Shown one piece after another: positions 40,093 to 53,689 of a stretch of 64,000 bases of DNA (positions are counted from its first letter, which is position 1; each line of letters starts with the position of its first letter). A program made the position numbers and the translations under genes. The notes under the pieces are model-generated. The model had not been told where the DNA came from, ran no database searches, and worked only from the letters and a program-made list of their open reading frames with translations. Source of the DNA: Octopus vulgaris (lineage: Eukaryota); NCBI GenBank assembly GCA_951406725.2, contig OX597826.1:35526001-35590000 (forward strand), written 5' to 3'.

Positions 40093-40420
40093 GGCAGCAA
40101 GCTGGCAGAACCATTAGCATGCCGAGCAAAATGCTTAGCTGTATTTCTCCCATTTCTACATTCTGAGTTCAAGTTCCGCGAAGGTCAACTTTGCCTTTCA
40201 CCTTTCGGGGTTGACAGATTAAGTACCAGTTGAGTACTGGGTTATTTACATTCAGAGTTCAAATTCTGCTGAGGTCTACTTTGTCTTTCATTTTCTATTT
40301 GGGTTCTTTCAGATGAGGTGGAGTGGTTGCTAAACTAAATATTAGTCATGCGTTGGGGCCAATGTAATCAATTAACCCCTCAAATAAAATTTCAGGTTTT
40401 GTGCTAATAGCAGAAAGTAT
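39825..40420 (+). mobile_element. Tandem SINE family B copies separated by (ATT)n
   Basis: Consensus match. Confidence 0.8.
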
Positions 40421-41880
40421 TATAATTATTATTAACATTTATCATTAAAGCTGACAACATTGATCACATGACGCTAGAGTTAGTCTAAAGAATAAGAAGA
40501 GTAGATAACCACGGCTACTAAGATCTTACTTCGGTACAATCGCATTTTGTATAATTTTTGGTTGACTACACAGTTTTATGTATGTATATGTACTATACTT
40601 ATACATTCATGAATACACACACATATACATACACATGTATGTATGTCCATCTGTTGTATGTTCATCAAGGTTTGTGGTCAGGGAATTCAATTCATGATCA
40701 TAAGGTCATCAATTTGATGTTGTGCCCTTGAGCAAGACACTTTATTTCACATTCCTCCAGTTCACACAGTTGGCAAAAATGAATTGTACTTGTAGTTAAA
40801 AGGACCAGGCTTGTCACATTCTGTAGTTCAAAGGGCCAGCCTCATCATATAGTTCAAAGTGTCAGCCTCATCACATTAGTTGAAAGGACCAGGCTTGTCA
40901 CATTTCCCAGAACTATCTGAAGGGTATGCATTTTCGTGGAGTGCTCAACCACTTACATGTTAATTTCTTTGGGCAGAGTGTTCTGTAGAAGGTATCAACT
41001 GCAACCCTCATCCTCATAACTGATGGAGTGTCAATTCTTGTTCAGAGGATCATTTTGCCAATAAAACACAGGCCCTGGTAATATTTCACGTTTTATATAT
41101 TATCAATCACCTTGTTAACTAATTGACTGATTGAGTAATTACCTCCTTTATCACTTGATCAATCACTCAGTAAGTCGGATTGTCAGTCCTCTCAAATTAC
41201 CATCTGCAGATTTCTCAATAACTTGATTGCCTTACTCCTAACCTATTACGTTGTAACCAAAATGCTAAAACCAAACAGCATTTTGCATCAAAAATCTTAA
41301 CCAAAACACTTCATTTCAGGTTGTGCTCTGGGATCATGCTGGCATGGGTTGTGGTGAGACACTGTGCACCTGTACAGGTAATGTCAATTTGATGGAGGGT
41401 GGGAGTTATTGTAAAAGACAAATATTTGATTTCTATAAACACATTATTTGTGCAGGATTCTCAGCAAGAAATTGCAGAAACCAACCTCATTTGTCATCTG
41501 TGACAGGAAATTTCATATATATATATACACATACATACACACACATTCATACATATATATTCATATACATACGTGCATACATATATTGGTATGTATATAC
41601 ACATACATACATATACGTGCATGTGTGTGTGTGTGTGTATGTGTGTACACTTATATATGCCATTAAGAGATTAGTTTACAATTTTCTCTCTAACTTTGAT
41701 TAGATTATTACAATTAACATATTAATTACACCATTCTATATATTTCGGGGTTCGTGTTTTCCATTAATATAACCTTATTAGAAACACACAACTCAATAAT
41801 GACTTCAAACATGGAAAAAGGCTCCACATCACTGCATTTGGACAATATATGTGTATATTATACACACACACACACACACA

Positions 41881-42295
41881 TACAGCATGTTCACAATTTA
41901 TCTTTACAATGGAGATATATCAATCAACATCACTGCACGTGAAATAAATATTAATAAAGTTTTCATTTAGTTGTCTCTAAGGTGATGTGCTGGCAGAATC
42001 ATTAACATGCCGAGCAAAATGCTTTAGAGTAGTTTGTTTGTCTTTATGTTCCGAGTTCAAATTCTGCCAAGGCTAACTTTATGTTTCATCCTTTTGGGGT
42101 GTTGAACACTGGGGGGAGTTGATGTAATTCACTTAAACCCGACCCATGAAATTGCTGGCCATGTGCCAGAAATTCAGACCAATTTATTTGTCACTGATTT
42201 TCAATAAACACTGCTCAATTATCCTTATTGTTTTTGTTTTTTCCCTTTTTTCCAGAATTTTTCAAGTTGTAAATGTAATTTATGGACACCCTGTA
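41881..42295. mobile_element. Tc1/mariner-like MITE interrupted by SINE B (41980-42185)
   Basis: Imperfect ~29-bp TIRs tacagcatgttcacaatttatctttacaa / ttgtaaatgtaatttatggacaccctgta with TA ends. Confidence 0.55.
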
Positions 42296-43265
42296 TATTA
42301 AGGGCATTACTACAAATAAACACAAAAGATTGGTTTAAATAAGCTAACGGAAGATATATCACTACATTGCTAACAGAATACATTCGTTAAAACCTTCTAA
42401 TAGTTAACTAACATTACTAACTCACCCAGCTGTATGGTCTACTTAGAAACTTTTCTATGTTTGAATTCACATGTTTACATATTTTGGCAGTAAATTTTTG
42501 CAACTAATATGGTAAACCTTCAGTTCTAGAAACTTGGTTGAGAATATCTTTGCTTACATTGATAATAAATGGCATTGAGAAAGCCATAAATATCATAAGC
42601 TTCCATTTCTCCATTCAAAACCAAGACATTATGCCTGTCTAAATCATAATGCCTGTTTTAGCTGCAACATATTCCTCACCTCGAATTCTGGCTTCGTATT
42701 CTTCTTATACATCCTCATACTACTCCTCGTTTGCTTTCACCTGACTCTCCTATGACTCTGTCCACTAATAATAGGGAGACAACCATTGCAATCACAACAT
42801 TAGGGCTTCCCATGAATTTGAAATCAGTTCTTATTTTGCTAGATGAGATTTCATATATATGAAAAACAGGCAACACACACACACACACAGATCAGTATAT
42901 ACATATACATATATATGTTGGCATGTGTGTAAATATATTTATATATATATATGTGTGTGAGTGTGTGTATGTATAAGTGTGAATCTATTTCTGTATATAT
43001 AAATATAGATGATGAGGAGAAGGTGGATGGAGATATGGTGAATATGTATTATATTTTTACCATTTATATATATGTACATATATCTATATATATATAATAT
43101 ATAATATGATCTGGCATATATCATCATTGTTTAACATATGCTTTCCGTACTAGCATGGGTTGGATGATTTGACTAAGGGCTAGTGAACCAGATGGCTGCA
43201 CCAGGCTCTAATATTGATCTGGCTGAGTTTCTACAGCCTGATGCCTTTCCTAACGCCAACCACAA

Positions 43266-43309
<44 letters not shown>

Positions 43310-46082
43310 TATATATGGTGTAAACGGAATTAGTGGTTGTAGTAACCGACTAAGGGATAAAATATCTGTATATACTATCAGTATCCATTACCCATATTAT
43401 TCTTGAGTATTGATGCGCAGGCATAGCATACACATATATAACAATCTGTGGTTTTCTCCTCTTTCTAATTATATGTGTGTGTGTGTGTTTTATAGCTCTC
43501 ATAGCCCATTGACTGAAGACAAGCTGGAGCTTCATCATAAAGCCATTCTCAGACAGCTATTAATATTCTGCCTTCTATTTATTTCTCTCAAGTTGAGGTT
43601 ATTTGTCCGAAAAGAACAATTATGCATGTGTGTGTTTGTATATGCATACATGTACCTCACTCCCCTAAGTAAACGTATTTATGGTGATGCGTGTAGCATC
43701 ACTACTGTACAATGGAAGGGCCTTCCTAAATATCTACTTAAACAAAGTACCTGGAATCTTAGATGACACTCTACTGCAGAAGGAACGTTTTTTTTCCCTT
43801 TCTATCAATATTTGTTATGTTTAAACTGTGAGAAACGACAAAGCAAGATCTCATACAACAATTTCTACAACAACATCGGTTTCATCAAATTTTTTTTTTT
43901 TTTCATTCCTTTATATTTTTTTCCCTTTATTTCTATTCAGTTCTATTGATTATAATGTTATGATTTATCTTGCATCATACAAAAGAAGAAAGTGACTGTT
44001 GAATGACAGATTTTATGAAAAGAAACCACCATCCATAATTTTTAGAGTTTTACTGGAAGAGATTTCTATTCTTTTGCTCATAGCAGGATAAAATATTCTA
44101 AGAAATTGCAACAGCATGCATTTTTTAACATCCTTATCTTTCGGTTTCCTCTCCTTTTGAGGATAAAGCAACGAGGCACTAAAATATGTTGACATGACAA
44201 TTGATCTATCTGCCTGTTCCGGAATCTTCCATGGCATCCACTTACTTCTAATTCTGCTTCTTGCATTTTGACATATTTTGTTTCGTTTTTTTTTTCTCCT
44301 TTTTTATCTTTCCTATCTTTCATTGTTTTGCCATTTTTTTCCTCCCCAACTGGAATAAATTTCTTTCTGTTCTTTTTCAGTTTCTTTCCATTTTTGCTGA
44401 GAATATTTTTTATTTAATTTCTAACCTGATATGAAATAAATTTTAGATTGATATAGTGGTTCATAGTAATTCCAATATATTTGCCAATATTTACAGACCC
44501 GTTTAATCTATTCTGTTCAAAGAAAGCAGACGGATGTAAATTAGAAAATAAGATTGCTGACTTCAATTTTTCTTTGATCTCAATGTGCATGGAAGGAGAC
44601 AAAGATATAAGATTTTCTTTGAGCGGAAATCATTGCAAACAGTTTAAGATGGACGTCATTGCGTGATTTCTTTAAAGAAAAACAATCTTTTTTATCGACA
44701 GTTATAGACTGTCATGCTACAATTCTTGTCAAAACTAAATCTTAAAGTTCATGTAAGAATCAAATCAACATTCAGTGTGATTGTTATATAATTGTTTCTA
44801 AATTAGGAACAAGGCCAGTACTTTTGAAGGGAGGGGCATGAATCAATAGCATTGAACTGGTACTTGACTGCTACTTTATTTTATCATCATAAAGGCTTGA
44901 CTGTTTATAAATGCACAGATGTGGTACAATTGCAGCAACCAGAATGTCAATGTTCTTAATTTACATCTATATCTCTCTAGCTGTCTGTGTGTCCGTCTCT
45001 CTGTCTATCTCTCTGTTCATCTATCTATCTGTCTGTTCGTCTATCTATCTATCTATCAATCTATCTGTTAGTCTGTCTGTCTTTCGATCAATCAGTCCAT
45101 CTGTCTGTTTATCTATCTGTCTATTTATTTATCCATGTACAGCCTAGAACTGTCACTCCAAGGCCATACATACTCAATAACAGAGACATATTTACTTTAT
45201 GGTGCCTATCAATTAATCTTAGTGAGCTGTTATTCTCAAAGTGCTCAACAAGGTTCATGTAAATTATTAATTATTTAGGGCTTTGATATTATATCTCTAC
45301 AGAAAAACTATAAACAGAGAGAGCTTATACCTGATAGACTATAGAAAGGAAATATACCTAATGATACCACAAGCAAGTATTCTGTCACCTGATGGATTTA
45401 TTTTGAGAACTCTATCTCTCATCAGGCAGTTAACTTAGCAGAATCCATCTCCCTCCAACTTTTAACTATGAGAATAAACAACAAAATTCAGAAATAAGTG
45501 AAATGGGTTGGCTGTAGCATAAACTGAACTTACATTTCAGAATGTCTTCATTTTAAAATTAAAGGCATTCAGGTTATGGTGGAGGACAAAGGCTCAAATA
45601 GCAAGTGTATCAGCAACATTCAGCTCTTATATGTAATCCAGTTATCTGCAATTGTGTCAGTAAGCCTCTTCGTGCTTTACATTCAGCATGTTAACTAATT
45701 ACACTAAGACAATCAATCATTGTGCCAAATAAATTCTTAAATTATTCTAATCAATAACTGATCAATATCTCACATTATCGGATAGAATACATATATTATT
45801 TTTATAGTATTATTGCTTTTTCCCTCTAGAGCTTTACATTATTTTAATTATCTTTCCCAATAACAACTATCAATTTTGGAACGATATCTTGTATCTGCAA
45901 ACACACGTTATGTCCTTTATGTTTGTTAATCAAATTCTTTACCAGCAATATTCTGTCCCCTAAAAGTCAGTATTGCAAACATGTATGCATGAATATAAGT
46001 ATATATGTATAGGGAGAAACATGGCTATAGATGCCCTGCCCACAAAAAGGCCCAGTTAGATATGGTGTTATTTACATGTTTC

Positions 46083-46203
46083 TTCTTGTACATTATTTAC
46101 ATTTTATGGATATCTGTCCTCTCTCCAGCCTTCATCAGGTATCTTGGGAAAATTTCGAACCTGGGTTCTCATTCCTAACGTATTTTTCGATGTTGTTGCT
46201 ATA

Positions 46204-46298
<95 letters not shown>

Positions 46299-46303
46299 CA
46301 TCA

Positions 46304-46379
<76 letters not shown>

Positions 46380-46556
46380 CCAGGTCACTGCCTGGAATCG
46401 AACTCATAATCTTGGGGTTAGTAGCCTGCACTTTTAACCACTATGCCATATGCCCATGGACTGTCTTGGGGAAATTTCGAACCTGGATTCTCATTCCTAA
46501 GATATTTTTTATGTTATCATTATTATTCGGGTCACTACCTAGAATCGAACTTGGAA
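46083..46556 (-). mobile_element. tRNA-head/hammerhead-tail element: one near-full and one partial copy in tandem
   Basis: Reverse complement of 25889-26243; hammerhead half deleted. Confidence 0.8.
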
Positions 46557-46574
46557 TAATAATAATAATAATAA

Positions 46575-47412
46575 TAATAAAGAATAATAAAGAAATAGAC
46601 AAAGAAAAATCCCAGCAATGGTTGAGAAGCTCAGGACTCAAAGCAGAAACAGAGGGATTTTTAATTGCAGCACAAGACCAAAGCCTCCCCACCAGAAATT
46701 ACCAAAAACATGTAATGAAAAGAAATATTACAAGTAACTGCAGAATATGTGGAGATGGACAAGAAACAATAAATCATATTATCTCTAGCTGCCCAGTCCT
46801 GGCTAAGAAGGAATATATTCACAGACATGACAGAGTTGGAACTTACATACATTGGAAGCTATGCCAACATTATGGAATAACAACAGAAAAAAGATGGTAT
46901 AGGCACACACCAGAAAAGGTCACAGAAAACGAGGAAAGCAACCATACTCTGGGATATGCCGATACACACAGATAGAGAAATTAAGGCCAACAGACCAGAT
47001 ATAGTTGTCAGAGACCATGAAGAAAAAAAATGCTTTCTAATTGATGTATCAGTACCGGCAGATGACAACGTGTCTCTAAAAGAAATGGAGAAACTCTCAA
47101 AATACAAAGACCTGGAAATAGAGGTAACTAGAATGTGGAATCTGAAAACAGAAACAATTCCTATCATAGTAGGTGCATTAGGCATGATAAAAAAATATTC
47201 AGACAAATACATAACAAAAACACCAGGACTTACAAACACATATAACATACAGAAAATTGCACTACTAGGCACTGCACACATCCTACGCAGAACACTTTCC
47301 ATACAATAACCATCAGAGCATCACAACAAATCACAGCACATACCCAAGGCACACAGAGCTGCGCTCGGTAGTGAAGTGAAAGCACGCTATAAAAATAAAA
47401 CTAAAACTACTG
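46575..47412 (+). mobile_element. 5'-truncated R4/Dong-like LINE (Zn knuckle plus RLE, one frameshift)
   Basis: AAQDQSL, CRIC..ETINHIISSC, HRHD, NRPDIV, DVSVP, K.SKYKDL; both ends in (AAT)n. Confidence 0.95.
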
Positions 47413-47424
47413 AATAATAATAAT

Positions 47425-49062
47425 AAGTTTAGCAATGATATCGGAATGGATTTTGGCCTTGATAAGTGTGCTAAAGCAACTTTTGTAAGAGGCAAGCTCA
47501 GGCAAACAGCTTCTGTTAAATTAGATATTGACACTACCATCAAGGAACTTGACCCACAGGAAAGTTACAAATACCTAGGAATCAACGAAGGAGATGGTAT
47601 ACATCATGCTACTATGAAGGAAAAAATAAGAAAGGAATACTATAGGAGAATAAGGCTTGTACTGAAGACTGAACTCAACTCCAAAAATTGCATTGAGGCC
47701 ATTAACACCCTGGCACTTCCAGTAGTCCAGTACAGTTTTAACATCATTAACTGGAACCTTACGGAACTCCAACGCTTGGACAGGAAGACAAGAAAGTTAC
47801 TGACATCCAAGAGCATGCACCACCCTAAGGCAGATGTAGACCGCTTGTACCTACCTAGAAGCAGCGGGGGAGAGGAATGATGCAATTAGAGCTGTGCTAT
47901 AAGACCTCTACTGTAGGAATGAACAGGTACCTATCTAGTACAAAGGACTGGATGCTGCGACTTGTGTGCGAACACGAAAGCAGCAAAAAGCTACATTCTA
48001 TTGTGAAGGAAGCTTATAAGTTCGAAAGGGAACTAGACATTAACCTTGAATCAGATGAAGAGCCGGAAACCACTGCTACCAAGCAAGCAAAGCGAATCAA
48101 GCAGACTGCAAAAAAGAACGGGCAGAATAAAATTGAGAGGCGGTGGAGCCAGAAGCCCCTGCATGGACAATATATTCTCCGAAGCCAAAATGCTGATGTA
48201 GACCAAGCAACAACCCATCAGTGGCTGAAGAGCTCTGGATTGAAAGCAGAGACTGAAGGTTTCATAATGGCAGCACAAGATCAAAGCTTGTTTACCAGAA
48301 ATTACCAGGCTAACGTTCTCCGAAACGGTACTGACCCTAAATGCAGATTCTGCGACACAGTTGACGAAATGATAGACCATCTCGTTTCGGGATGTCCTGT
48401 GCTGACACCAAACGAATACAAAAATCGCCACGATAGGGTAGGACAGTATATACATTGGAAGATATGTAAACACTACAAATCCGACACTCCTGCTAACTGG
48501 TATGAACACCATCCTCAGCCAGTTGTTGAAGGTAAAGATGTCACCATCCTCTGGGATTTTCCAGTCAACACTGACAGAACGATCAAGGCTAATCGACCAG
48601 ACATAATTGTTAAAGACAGGGAAGAAAATACCTGCAGACTAATAGAAGTAAGCGTCCCCACTGATAAAAATGTATCTGTCAAGGAATTTGACAAACTTAG
48701 TAAATATAAGGACCTGGAAATCGAAATACAGAGGATGTGGAATCTTAAAACAAAAACTGTTCCTGTTATTGTAGGTGCCCTAGGTATGATAAAAAAGGGA
48801 TGTCAGAAACACCTCGACAATATCCCTGGAAAACCATGTCTCAAGGAAATCCAAAAGATTGTGCTAACAAGTACTGCCCACATCCTTAGAAAAACCCTAT
48901 CAATGTAAATGTTTGTGTTTGCATTACATGGAGATATATCTCTACTTCCCCTCCCCAAGCTTTCAGCTATATTTCAACAACTCTTAACCTTCACTTGCCC
49001 TAGGGCGCTGGGTGTGCCCCGGCAGGTGATTGCATCAAACATGCAGATTAAAAATAAATGAC
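47425..49062 (+). mobile_element. 5'-truncated R4/Dong-like LINE (RT C-terminus, Zn knuckle, RLE; frameshift at ~47878)
   Basis: FGLDKC, YKYLG, DRLYLPR..GG, CRFC..HLVSGC, NRHD, NRPDII; 343-aa open frame; (AAT)n flanks. Confidence 0.95.
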
Positions 49063-49084
49063 AATGATAATAATAATAATAAAT

Positions 49085-49638
49085 GCCCTGATGCAGTACC
49101 AGGCAGTGGCTCTCATGGCTTCTGATCTTAACTGATTGGAAGTGTTATCATGTACATTGTTTTGTCTTGGTATAAAAGATGGGCTACAGCAAATATTCTG
49201 CTCAATACCACAGATTTGCTTGTCAGTTGTTTGACCTTAACCAGTTGAGCATGTCCCTTAGTGGCTGACGATATGTGCATCTCTGATCACGAGCAGAAGT
49301 AGTGGGGGAGCATCATAGCCATGTGTTGAGAGGGATTCTTTGGGGTTTGAATAATTCACCTCTGGAAACATGGGTGGTTCTTTCAACATCCTTAAACAAC
49401 CCTTATTCAGGGACCTTTTGAGCGGGATGGGCTACTCAACCTGAAGAAAATTCTAACTGGGCCCCACCTGCAAGGTCATGTGCTGTTTATCTTGATATGA
49501 GATCACCATGTCGCGCACATATGGTTGTGATGCATGTGCCTGGTGTACCTTTATGAGACGGGTAGTCATGATGGGTATATTGGGCTTCGTATATTTTACC
49601 CCAGTGTCACTTTGATGGCATGCACTGCTCTCTCACTC
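49085..49638 (+). mobile_element. Family E non-coding element with (AAT)n tail
   Basis: Three copies in the window, all adjoining AAT/ATT repeats. Confidence 0.85.
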
Positions 49639-49659
49639 AATAATAATAATAATAATGAT

Positions 49660-49828
49660 AATATTGAAAAATACCTTAGGTTTGAAATTTCCCCAAGACT
49701 CCTGATGAAGGCTGGAAGGTATATCAGCTGAAAAATGTTAACAACAAACAAGATGAGGACAAATATCCATCAAATGTAAATAATGTAAATAATGTAAATA
49801 ATTCCTCATTTCTTAAATATAGAACTGT
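49660..49828 (+). mobile_element. Hammerhead-tail segment of the tRNA/PLE-type element (degenerate hammerhead 49697-49740)
   Basis: CTGATGAaggctgg..cagctGAAA followed by loss of the cleavage site. Confidence 0.8.
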
Positions 49829-50052
49829 ATGTTTCTTCATATCACACACTTAATTAGTGATTTAACATTTGTTGCAGCCGTTGTTTAGTATGTCCCCACC
49901 ACTGGCCAGTCTTTATTATGCAGACCTATGAACAATTGTGCTACAACATTCCATTCTTGTCTCAGTTGCAGTCTAATCACAGCCACATAATTAATGAGTT
50001 CTTTCTAGTCTAAGCTTCGAAGTAACATTCGAGATTTGATTGCTATTTCAAG

Positions 50053-50299
50053 CAGTGGTTCTAAACCATTTCTTACCTGAGGATTCCTTGAATTCCTATT
50101 TTACTTTACTGGATCCCTATAAACATTTGAAGTTTTTAAAAAATTCCTTTATATTTTTATAATTAAGGAACTGTATTAAAAAAAATTTTGAAATATTTTG
50201 TGTATGATAGACGTATAACTGATTATTGCGCAAAGTTTTTAACAACTAAATCATATATGGACCATTATGGGTTATATGGACCTCGGTTGAGAACCACAG
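50053..50299. mobile_element. hAT-Charlie-like MITE
   Basis: TIRs cagtggttctaaacc / ggttgagaaccacag. Confidence 0.7.
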
Positions 50300-51508
50300 C
50301 TGTAGAGAGAGTCCTTTGTTTATGATAATACTCTTATACACACATATATACACACTTAAACTTATATTCTTTATGACAAGAAATGCGTTAAATAATATGG
50401 ACTGCTTTGGTTTCATCTTTTTCAATTCTGCAGCAGAAAATAAATAAACTGTTAATTGTAGATAGACTGCAAAAGCATTCAATTTATAAAATTAAAAAAT
50501 TTTCAACACACTGAGGGATATACAATTTCATGAATATACTGGGTGTTGAAATTATATTTCATACGGTGTTCTATTTCAGAAAATAGTTAATGAGAGAAAA
50601 ATGATCTCCCAACATTTTAGAATAGCAATGTAAAGAAATAAAACTGTAGCAACATATGATAACAGCGTATGTGTATATTCAAAATCTGTATGTTGTATAC
50701 ACACGAGGCAACTCTACCTAAAGAATCAGACACTTTTAAATGTATGTATATATAATACAATTAAATATGATATATATATGAAATATATATTATGTGCAAT
50801 GGTGCTTGAGATTTCAATACATTAAAGTAGAGAGAGAATAATATTTAGTTGATTTTATATATACATATATATATATACATGTGTGTGTTATGTGTGTGTC
50901 TGTATGTGTATGTATGTGTTTATACATTTATACATACACATGCAGACACACACATGTATGAGTGTATACACACATACATACACACACATGCATACAATAT
51001 CTTAGACCAATTTGGTGTCATCTTTCTAGAATCTTCTGCCAGAAATAAATCAGTAATTGTTGATAAACTGCAAAATTAATCAAAATGTAACATTTTTTCC
51101 AATTTTCAAAATTCAAAAATTTTATCACATGTGATGGAGACCTTATTTGATAAAAGCACAAAGTATTAAAAGGATAATTGATATGGTATTCTCATTATAG
51201 AATATCATAAATAAGAGAAACATGATCTTTGACTTGGAATAGAGATAATAATAAATCAGGTGGCATGGGTACACAGCATATGTATATTTTCAAAATGTGT
51301 CTGGATATAGCAGAGTGCTAGGAAGTTAGTGTGTATTAAATATGTATGAGTGTGTGTGTGTATGTATACATGCATATTTCATATATATATATAATATAAT
51401 ATAAATTGATGTGCTTGATTCTTATGAATCCATATGATAAAATCATATTGCTATGTGTGTATGTATATATACATATATACATAATATGAACATATATATG
51501 TATATAAA

Positions 51509-51544
<36 letters not shown>

Positions 51545-51545
<1 letters not shown>

Positions 51546-51874
51546 GGCTGCCGTGCCAGTAGCATGTAAAAAGTACAATTCGAGTATGGTATTTGCCAGT
51601 GCCACTTGACTGGCTCCCATGGTGTCAGCATGTAAAAAGCACCATTCAATCGTGGTTGATGCCAATACCACCTGACTGGCCCTCATGTTGGTGGCATATG
51701 CAAAGCACCCACTGCACTCTCAGAGTGGTTGGCATTAGAAAGGGCATCCAGCTGTAGAAACCTTGCCAGATCAGATTGGAACCCGGTACAGCTTTCTGGC
51801 TTGCAAGTCCTCAGTCAAATCGTCCAACCCATGCCAGCATAGAAAGCGGATGTTAAACAACAACAATGATGATG

Positions 51875-51876
<2 letters not shown>
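51545..51876 (+). mobile_element. RTE-related 3' UTR/SINE tail (family D) with (ATG)n end
   Basis: Same as 29240-29500; also on the minus strand at 38470-38618, 43125-43265, 54698-54807 and 57890-58105. Confidence 0.8.
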
Positions 51877-51911
<35 letters not shown>

Positions 51912-51916
51912 TGCAC

Positions 51917-52014
<98 letters not shown>

Positions 52015-52829
52015 ACCATGTAAAGCAAAGAGACCAGTTCACAAAGGAAAAAAGAATTACATGCACCTTGACAGAAATTGTAGAAAAACCATTTTTCTTA
52101 CTTTCTTCCCTTTTGTTTGTTTTTTTTCACTTTCTTGTCCAATATGACCAAACTTTCAATAAATATAGATTTGTTATAAACTTTGCTGAATGTTTACTCT
52201 TTATTATTTATTCCTGTGAAACTCATTGAAATTTAAGTGAACATTTGAATATTTGATTGTTTAAACATGTCTATAATTTTAAACTTTGTTAAAACCTCTT
52301 GTCTTATATATATTTGTACCATTGATAAACAAAAAATTGTTGAAACTAGCTTGGTATGTATATAAATTAATAAATCTATTAAAAACAAATACATGTTTTT
52401 CAAATGCAGGTGCAATTTCAAACCCTAAAACAAATTCTCCTATAGCTTTTCTCTGAGTTTCATGCAACAGCAATCTTCAGGCAACCCCGTTCAGACTTGA
52501 TATTCATAGTGTGAACATATCTGTGTATGTGTGTATTTCTAGTCCTTGAGATTGTTCATAGTTTATCTTTCTTATGTTTTTCACTGATTGTATCTGTTAT
52601 TTCTGAGATGAGGTGTTTTAGTAGTTCTTGCAACTGTAAGCTTGGCAGTGTTATTAAGTTGTTGCTTGTGTGTTGGGGAGTTGTTGTAGAGGTTGTTGTT
52701 GATGGTGGTGGGTGTTTACTTATTTATTTGTTCATTAAGTATCTATTTTGTGTGTGTAAGATTTTTTAACTAGATGTTTTTAATGGGTTTATTTGATAAA
52801 ATAATTTAGGGTGTATTATATTAGCTATA

Positions 52830-53150
52830 TTTCTAATGGATGGTTCTCTTCATGACTGAATGGCTTTTGGAGATGTTTTGAGAAAACATCTGTCGTTTTA
52901 GGGGAAAAGGTACGTAAATATAGATCTAAATAACAAAAAATTCTTCATGACAGTTAAAATAGCTTTATGCTTAACTCTGCTGACAGGTCCAGTATTTGGC
53001 AAAAGAACAAGAGGAAAACTGAAAACCAGATTCAGCGAAAATATCAAAGAAGTTAGTGCTCGAGGTTTTCTGCAACTGTGCAGACTGACACAAGATAGAC
53101 ATGGGTAGAAGGCTGAGGCAGCTCAATTATTTGCACCTTCTGTCAAGATA
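52830..53150 (+). mobile_element. Old RTE-type LINE 3' fragment
   Basis: LLTGPVFGKRTRGKLKTRFSENIKE-like terminal motif. Confidence 0.5.
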
Positions 53151-53425
53151 AGGTTTATTAATAAAAATCAGTTTATTAATAAAAATATTTGATCAAGCAT
53201 AATAAAAACTGTAAATGATATAAAGGTTCATAAAATAATGCAACCACTGAAATGATCCCTCTGATGAGCATCTGCATAGTTTCCATTGGCCAAATTTCTC
53301 TTACAAGGTAATTGCTGAACCAAAGGCTATGACAGGAATATCTACGTGTCATAGGAATAAGATTCAAACAAAACGCATGCATTTTGTAGTTGCTGAGTGG
53401 ACTTCTTAACAACACAGCCAAAATG

Positions 53426-53689
53426 TTAGAAAATTACTAATTGTAAATCTCACAATGAGAGATATACAGCAAAAGTACTTTGAAGTAAAGATTATTTACC
53501 AACATAACATGGCAGTCCTGGTTTAGGACAAATAATTATTCTGTGCTGATGAAGAGAAATAACCCAGAAATCGCGATACACAGATTGTGTCATATAGCCA
53601 GCTGGGGACGATGTCTCCTGGAGCTAAATTACAGTAACATTAGTCCTAAGCCAGGACTGCCATGTTATGTTGGCATATAATCTTTACTC
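53426..53689 (+). mobile_element. 264-bp hairpin element with internal hammerhead
   Basis: 13-bp direct repeat cacagccaaaatg at 53413 and 53690; 46-bp inverted repeat 53484-53529/53643-53688; hammerhead 53540-53584. Confidence 0.75.

Noticed and set aside
43980-44700. Unique-looking region with short ORFs (possible exon or UTR)
   Set aside because: No recognisable protein or convincing splice pair
53260-53285. CTGATGA motif
   Set aside because: No downstream GAAA or stem III
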